A stretch of 64,000 nucleotides of DNA from an uncultured Acidobacteriota bacterium (GTDB lineage Bacteria > Acidobacteriota > Thermoanaerobaculia > Gp7-AA8): the NCBI GenBank assembly GCA_963822445.1, contig CAWGHO010000001.1:1024001-1088000 (forward strand). The letters are read 5' to 3'. Shown in pieces: positions 59,872 through 64,000 of this stretch; the first letter of the stretch is position 1, and every line of letters begins with the position of its first letter. The notes beneath the pieces are model-generated. The model saw only the letters and a program-made list of their open reading frames with translations, was not told the DNA's origin and searched no databases. The position numbers and the translations under genes were made by a program.

Positions 59872-59985
59872 GGTTGCTGCTCTGGACTGCGGCGGCAAGG
59901 CCGCCGCTCTCACTCGCCGCAGCGCCAGCTGCGGCTGGCGCAAGTGAGAGCGGCAGCTCTGCTGCCGCAGTCCAGAGCAGCAACC
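59872..59985. repeat. GGACTGCG-type REP-like palindrome
   Basis: GGTTGCTGCTCTGGACTGCGGC ... GCCGCAGTCCAGAGCAGCAACC. Confidence 0.82.
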
Positions 59986-59990
59986 CACAC

Positions 59991-61910
59991 TCACCACGCG
60001 ATCCCGTAATCCTCCCCATGATTCGAGCTTCCGCCCCAGAACGTGCCGTGGGCGCGGTCGAACCAGATCGCGTTGATCGGGCCGGAGGTGCGGTCCTCGA
60101 ACGTGAGCGTGTAGCCCATCTTCTGCAGTTCGCTGCGCACCCACGGTGGCGTGTCGCTGTGCAGAAGAATGCGGCCGGGCACTGACAATCGATCGCCGAG
60201 CCACTTCCGCATCTGGAACGAATTGAAGTTCGCCGCCTCGGAGGCCTCTTGCGGCGTCATCCCGAACTCGACCACGTTGAGGAAAAACTGCAGGAGGTTC
60301 TGATCCTGCGTGTCGCCGCCCTGCACGGCAAAGGCGAGGAACGGCGCGCCGTCTTTCAGCGCGAGCGTCGGCGTGAGCGTGACGTGCGGACGCTTGCCGG
60401 GCTCGATCACGTTGTATGGATTCTGCGCGGGATCGGTGTCGAAGCTCTGCGCGCGCTGCGAAAGGCCGATGCCCGTGCGGCCGGCGATGACCGCCGGAAT
60501 CCAGCCGCCGCTCGGTGTGATCGAGACCACCCACCCTTCCTTGTCCGCGGCTTCGATCGAAGTGGTGCCGAGGCGGAAGGACTCATCGAACGAGCGCAGC
60601 TCGGCGGTCGTGCGCGGTTTGGTCGCGGTCGCGTTCCAGTTGCGGAGGTAGTCGAGGAACGGATTCTTCTCGTTCTGGAAGGGATAGGGATCGCCGGGTC
60701 CGATCTTCGGATCGTTGCGATTGGGGTTGATCAGCTTCGCGCGTTCCTTCGCATACTCCTTCGACAGCAGGCCGGCCACGGGCTCCGCGGGGGGAACGGA
60801 CGGATCACCGAAGTAGAAATCGCGATCGGCGAAGGCGAGGCTCATCGCCTGATAGACGGTGTGGACGTAACGCGCGCTGTTGTAGCCCATCGACTCGAGG
60901 TCGAAGTTCTCGAGGATGTTCAGCGCGGAGAGCATGGCCGGCCCCTGAGTCCAGACCGTTAGCTTGTAGACGTCGATGCCGCGGTAGGTGGTCTTCACCG
61001 GCTCTTCGATCTTCACCTGCCATTTCGCCAGATCATCGGTGGTGATCAGGCCGCCCTGCTCCTGCGTCGAGCGGGCGATCTCCTGGGCGATGTCGCCTTT
61101 GTAGAAGCGGTCGTACGCGGCGAGGATCGCTTCACGTCGCGATTTGCCGCGCTTCAGCGCCTGCTGTTCCGCGTCGACGAGCTTGCGCAGAGTCGCGGCG
61201 AGATCGGCCTGTTTGAAAATCGAGCCGGCCAGCGGTGCTTCACGCGTCGACGTAACAGGCGCCGCGGCGGCGACGACATCGTGAGACGGCGTGACGCCAC
61301 TCGGCGTCGTCGTGGCCGGCGTCGCGGAGACCTCGGGCCGAAGGTTCGGAAGCATCACCGTCTTCGAGTAAGGCCACTTCTTCAGCTCCCCCTTGTTCCG
61401 CTCGATCGCATTCGCGGCCTGGGCCTCGATCGCGTATCCGTCAGCCATCTGGATCGACGGCTCGAGCACATCCTTCAGCGACAGCTTCCCGTACTCGGCG
61501 AGCATCACCATCAAGCCGCCCGGCGTTCCCGGCGTCACAGCGGCCAGCGGCCCGAACTCGGGCGGGTAGTTGAGATTTTTCGAGTGATAGAACGCCGCCG
61601 TGGCGCCGGTCGGCGCGACGCCCAGGGCGTTGATGCCGACGACTTTTTTCGCGCGGGGGTCGTAGATCAGGGCCTGGGTCTCGCCGCCCCATCCGAGGGT
61701 GTCCCACATGGTCGAAGTGGCGGCGAGCATCGCGCATGCGGCGTCGACGGCATTGCCTCCCTTCTGAAACATCATCGAGCCGGCCGTGGCCGCGAGGGGC
61801 TTGCCGGTGATGGCCATCCAGTGACTTCCGTGCAGCGGCGGCTTCTGCGTTCGCTGCGCGAAAACTGGCACGACGAAAACGAGAACGAGCACGGCGGAGC
61901 GTAGGCGCAT
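59991..61910 (-). CDS. ggt: Gamma-glutamyltransferase family protein
   Basis: GGNAVDAA, FYKGDIA, AFADRD, GTT autoprocessing site, PGKRP and GGDTQDQ motifs; start MRLRS with a signal peptide. Confidence 0.9.
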   Translation of the reverse strand: MRLRSAVLVLVFVVPVFAQRTQKPPLHGSHWMAITGKPLAATAGSMMFQKGGNAVDAACAMLAATSTMWDTLGWGGETQALIYDPRAKKVVGINALGVAPTGATAAFYHSKNLNYPPEFGPLAAVTPGTPGGLMVMLAEYGKLSLKDVLEPSIQMADGYAIEAQAANAIERNKGELKKWPYSKTVMLPNLRPEVSATPATTTPSGVTPSHDVVAAAAPVTSTREAPLAGSIFKQADLAATLRKLVDAEQQALKRGKSRREAILAAYDRFYKGDIAQEIARSTQEQGGLITTDDLAKWQVKIEEPVKTTYRGIDVYKLTVWTQGPAMLSALNILENFDLESMGYNSARYVHTVYQAMSLAFADRDFYFGDPSVPPAEPVAGLLSKEYAKERAKLINPNRNDPKIGPGDPYPFQNEKNPFLDYLRNWNATATKPRTTAELRSFDESFRLGTTSIEAADKEGWVVSITPSGGWIPAVIAGRTGIGLSQRAQSFDTDPAQNPYNVIEPGKRPHVTLTPTLALKDGAPFLAFAVQGGDTQDQNLLQFFLNVVEFGMTPQEASEAANFNSFQMRKWLGDRLSVPGRILLHSDTPPWVRSELQKMGYTLTFEDRTSGPINAIWFDRAHGTFWGGSSNHGEDYGIAW

Positions 61911-62018
61911 TCGCTGACTATATTTCAGCTCGCACGGCTCACTCGCGGCCGTTTCCAGCACCCGTATTGCAATGTCCTGGATTGCGCGCGTGAGAGCGCG
62001 TGAGAAAGGAATCTCCGG

Positions 62019-62453
62019 ATGCCACGCACAAAAAAGCATGTGAAGGAAGAGGGTGCGTTTCAACGCGTCACCACCGCCGTGAAACGGATCTTCGGCCGCG
62101 GCCGCTCCGCGGACTCGAACGAATCGAATGCGGCTGAGCCCGCGATGAGCGTCTCCGCTCCGAAACGGAAACAGGCGCGAAACGAAGGGATCAAAGCACG
62201 TGCAACGCGGCGCGAGGCGGACATCGGCCTGGACGTCGCCGGCCGCTCCTACACGCCGCCGATGACCAGCTCCAAGGCTTCGTTCCGGACCGACGGCGCC
62301 GATCATCAGCGCGATCAGGTATTCGCATTCACCTCGGCCGACGAGCGCTGGAACGACGAGGACCACTACACGAACAAGTCCGGCGATCCGCGAATCGGAA
62401 CGCGCCAGAGGACGTACGAGCCGGGTGAGAGCCGGGCTGAAACACGCGAGTAA
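62019..62453 (+). CDS. Hydrophilic hypothetical protein
   Basis: AAGGA RBS; C-terminal TNKSGDPRIGT motif. Confidence 0.6.
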   Translation: MPRTKKHVKEEGAFQRVTTAVKRIFGRGRSADSNESNAAEPAMSVSAPKRKQARNEGIKARATRREADIGLDVAGRSYTPPMTSSKASFRTDGADHQRDQVFAFTSADERWNDEDHYTNKSGDPRIGTRQRTYEPGESRAETRE

Positions 62454-62468
62454 ATGGAGGAACCAGAC

Positions 62469-62918
62469 ATGAGCAACAGCGGATTCAACAGCGGTACGGG
62501 CAACACCGGATCGATGGGCGGCGGTGGAGTGACCACCGGCCCCGGCACCAGCGGCACGGGCGCGTCGGGCACGACCCTTGGCTCCGGCACCGACTTCAGC
62601 ACCAAGAGTGGTTTCGGAACGCAGAGCGCGACCGATGACGCGATCTGCCCGCACTGCGGTCAGACCAAGAGCAAGGGCCTCGAGCAGTTCCTCGGCCGCC
62701 TCGGCATCACCGACGAGATGCTGAACAATCTCAAGGGGCAGTTCTCGAACGTCGACATCGACGAGTACATGAACACGGCCCGCGAGTATCTGAAGGACGG
62801 CGGCACGAAAGCCTCGACCTACGCGAAGGAGAACCCGGGCAAAGTCGCCGCGGGCGTGGCCGCTTTGGCGCTCGGCGCCGGGCTGATTTACGCGGCAGTG
62901 AATCGCGACAAGGCTTAA
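62469..62918 (+). CDS. Hypothetical tail-anchored protein (ElaB/YqjD-like C-terminus) with CxxC
   Basis: GGAGG RBS, Gly/Thr/Ser-rich N-terminus, CPHCG, YAKENPGK followed by a TM segment. Confidence 0.7.
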   Translation: MSNSGFNSGTGNTGSMGGGGVTTGPGTSGTGASGTTLGSGTDFSTKSGFGTQSATDDAICPHCGQTKSKGLEQFLGRLGITDEMLNNLKGQFSNVDIDEYMNTAREYLKDGGTKASTYAKENPGKVAAGVAALALGAGLIYAAVNRDKA

Positions 62919-62928
62919 AGTCCGCGAT

Positions 62929-63750
62929 GTGAAATTGCATTTCGACTCGAAGGGGGACGGTCCGTTGGTCGTCCTCCTTCACGGTTTTCCGCAGTACCGC
63001 ATCGCCTGGCAGAAACAAATGCCCGTCCTCGCCGCGGCGGGCTATCGCGCGGTCGCCCCTGACCTGCGCGGCTACGGCGAATCACCCAAACCCACTTCCA
63101 TTGACGACTATCGAATGCCGCTCGTCGTCGAAGACGTCGCGGAGCTCATCCGCTCGCTGAACGATGGAAAGCCGTGCATCGTCATCGGACACGACTGGGG
63201 TGCTCTGGTCGCGTGGTTCCTGGCGATGATTCATCGCGATCTCGTGAGCCAGCTGGTGATCCTCAACGTTCCCCATCCGGCGCTCTTCGCGCGCGAGCTC
63301 AAACGAAGCGGAAAGCAGCGGGCGAAAGCGGCGTATCAGCTCTTCTTTCAATTGCCGGTGCTGCCCGAGCTGGTCATGCGGTTGTTCGGGCGGACGCTAA
63401 TGAAAAAGGCCGGACGATTCACTCCGGAGCAGATCGACGCGTTTGCCGCGAACTGGAAAACGTCCATGACGCCGATGCTGCACTACTACCGGGCCATGCG
63501 GAAAACGCGCGGCGAGCTGCGCAAGATCATGCGGCGGATCGACGTGCCGACCATGATCATCTGGGGCGAGTGGGAACCGGTTTTCCTGCCGCAGACGCTC
63601 GTCGGCACGGAGGAATGGGTGCCGCATCTGAGCATCGCGCGCGTACCCAAGGCCGGGCACTTCATTCAGAACGATGCGCCGGAACGGGTCAACGAGTTGT
63701 TGCTGGAGTTCCTGTCCGCCACTCGTTCCACTGATCCTCGACCGAGCTGA
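62929..63750 (+). CDS. Alpha/beta hydrolase (epoxide hydrolase-like)
   Basis: HGFP, PDLRGYG, GHDWG and AGHF motifs. Confidence 0.9.
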   Translation: MKLHFDSKGDGPLVVLLHGFPQYRIAWQKQMPVLAAAGYRAVAPDLRGYGESPKPTSIDDYRMPLVVEDVAELIRSLNDGKPCIVIGHDWGALVAWFLAMIHRDLVSQLVILNVPHPALFARELKRSGKQRAKAAYQLFFQLPVLPELVMRLFGRTLMKKAGRFTPEQIDAFAANWKTSMTPMLHYYRAMRKTRGELRKIMRRIDVPTMIIWGEWEPVFLPQTLVGTEEWVPHLSIARVPKAGHFIQNDAPERVNELLLEFLSATRSTDPRPS

Positions 63751-64000
63751 CGAACGTCCGCCGCGGCGACCAGCCGAGTTTCTCGCGCGTTTCCGCGCTG
63801 GAGATGACCTGATCGACGGCCAGCGCGTCGGCGAACGATCCCATCGCCGTGCGCGCGACTTCGAGCGGCAGCTTTTCGATCGTACCGTTTGGTGCGATCG
63901 CCCGCGCCATCGTCTCCAGCGTGTCGTGCGAGTCGTCGATGCCGTGCAGCACGCCTTTCGGCTGCTGCTCGACGGCGCGCACGTACAGGTCGGCGAGCTC
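63689..64000 (-). CDS. C-terminal part of an NAD-dependent epimerase/dehydratase-like protein (partial)
   Basis: ELADLYVRAVE..FADALAVDQ..REKLGWSP; runs off the window end. Confidence 0.6.
   Translation of the reverse strand, partial: ELADLYVRAVEQQPKGVLHGIDDSHDTLETMARAIAPNGTIEKLPLEVARTAMGSFADALAVDQVISSAETREKLGWSPRRTFVSSVEDQWNEWRTGTPATTR

Noticed and set aside
59991-62654. Extended N-termini given by the ORF track (ggt 887 aa; also 40458, 54059, 31816, 37977 and 25909 starts)
   Set aside because: Extensions overlap neighbouring genes or repeats. Downstream starts have an RBS or -10 element, or give better signal peptides or family-typical N-termini.

Overview
GC-rich bacterial chromosomal window. 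Gene content and lineage-typical secreted proteins suggest Acidobacteriota, possibly Thermoanaerobaculia (inference). It starts with tRNA-Gln(UUG) and holds about 60 mostly housekeeping or accessory CDSs: CPA2 K+/H+ antiporter, aminotransferase, S9 and M16 peptidases, aconitase, CADD, transketolase, DEAD-box helicase, two MacB/Lol-type ABC systems, GH16, GH44, desaturase with a NarL-type two-component system, PilT and GGT. Six genes carry single-base frameshifts that look like sequencing indels. No integrase, transposase, phage gene or CRISPR array was seen. Most notable: (1) a soluble zinc-finger anti-sigma-like/TPR protein followed by a small secreted peptide gene, resembling an RRNPP-type peptide signalling pair; (2) a BCP-type peroxiredoxin with an in-frame UGA at the catalytic Cys and a SECIS-like hairpin; (3) a 2-kb two-gene cassette flanked by a perfect 33-bp direct repeat; (4) a REP-like palindrome inserted in frame in the M16 peptidase; (5) signs of leaderless and bidirectional promoters and several sigma54-type motifs. 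All product calls come from motif recognition by eye, not database searches.
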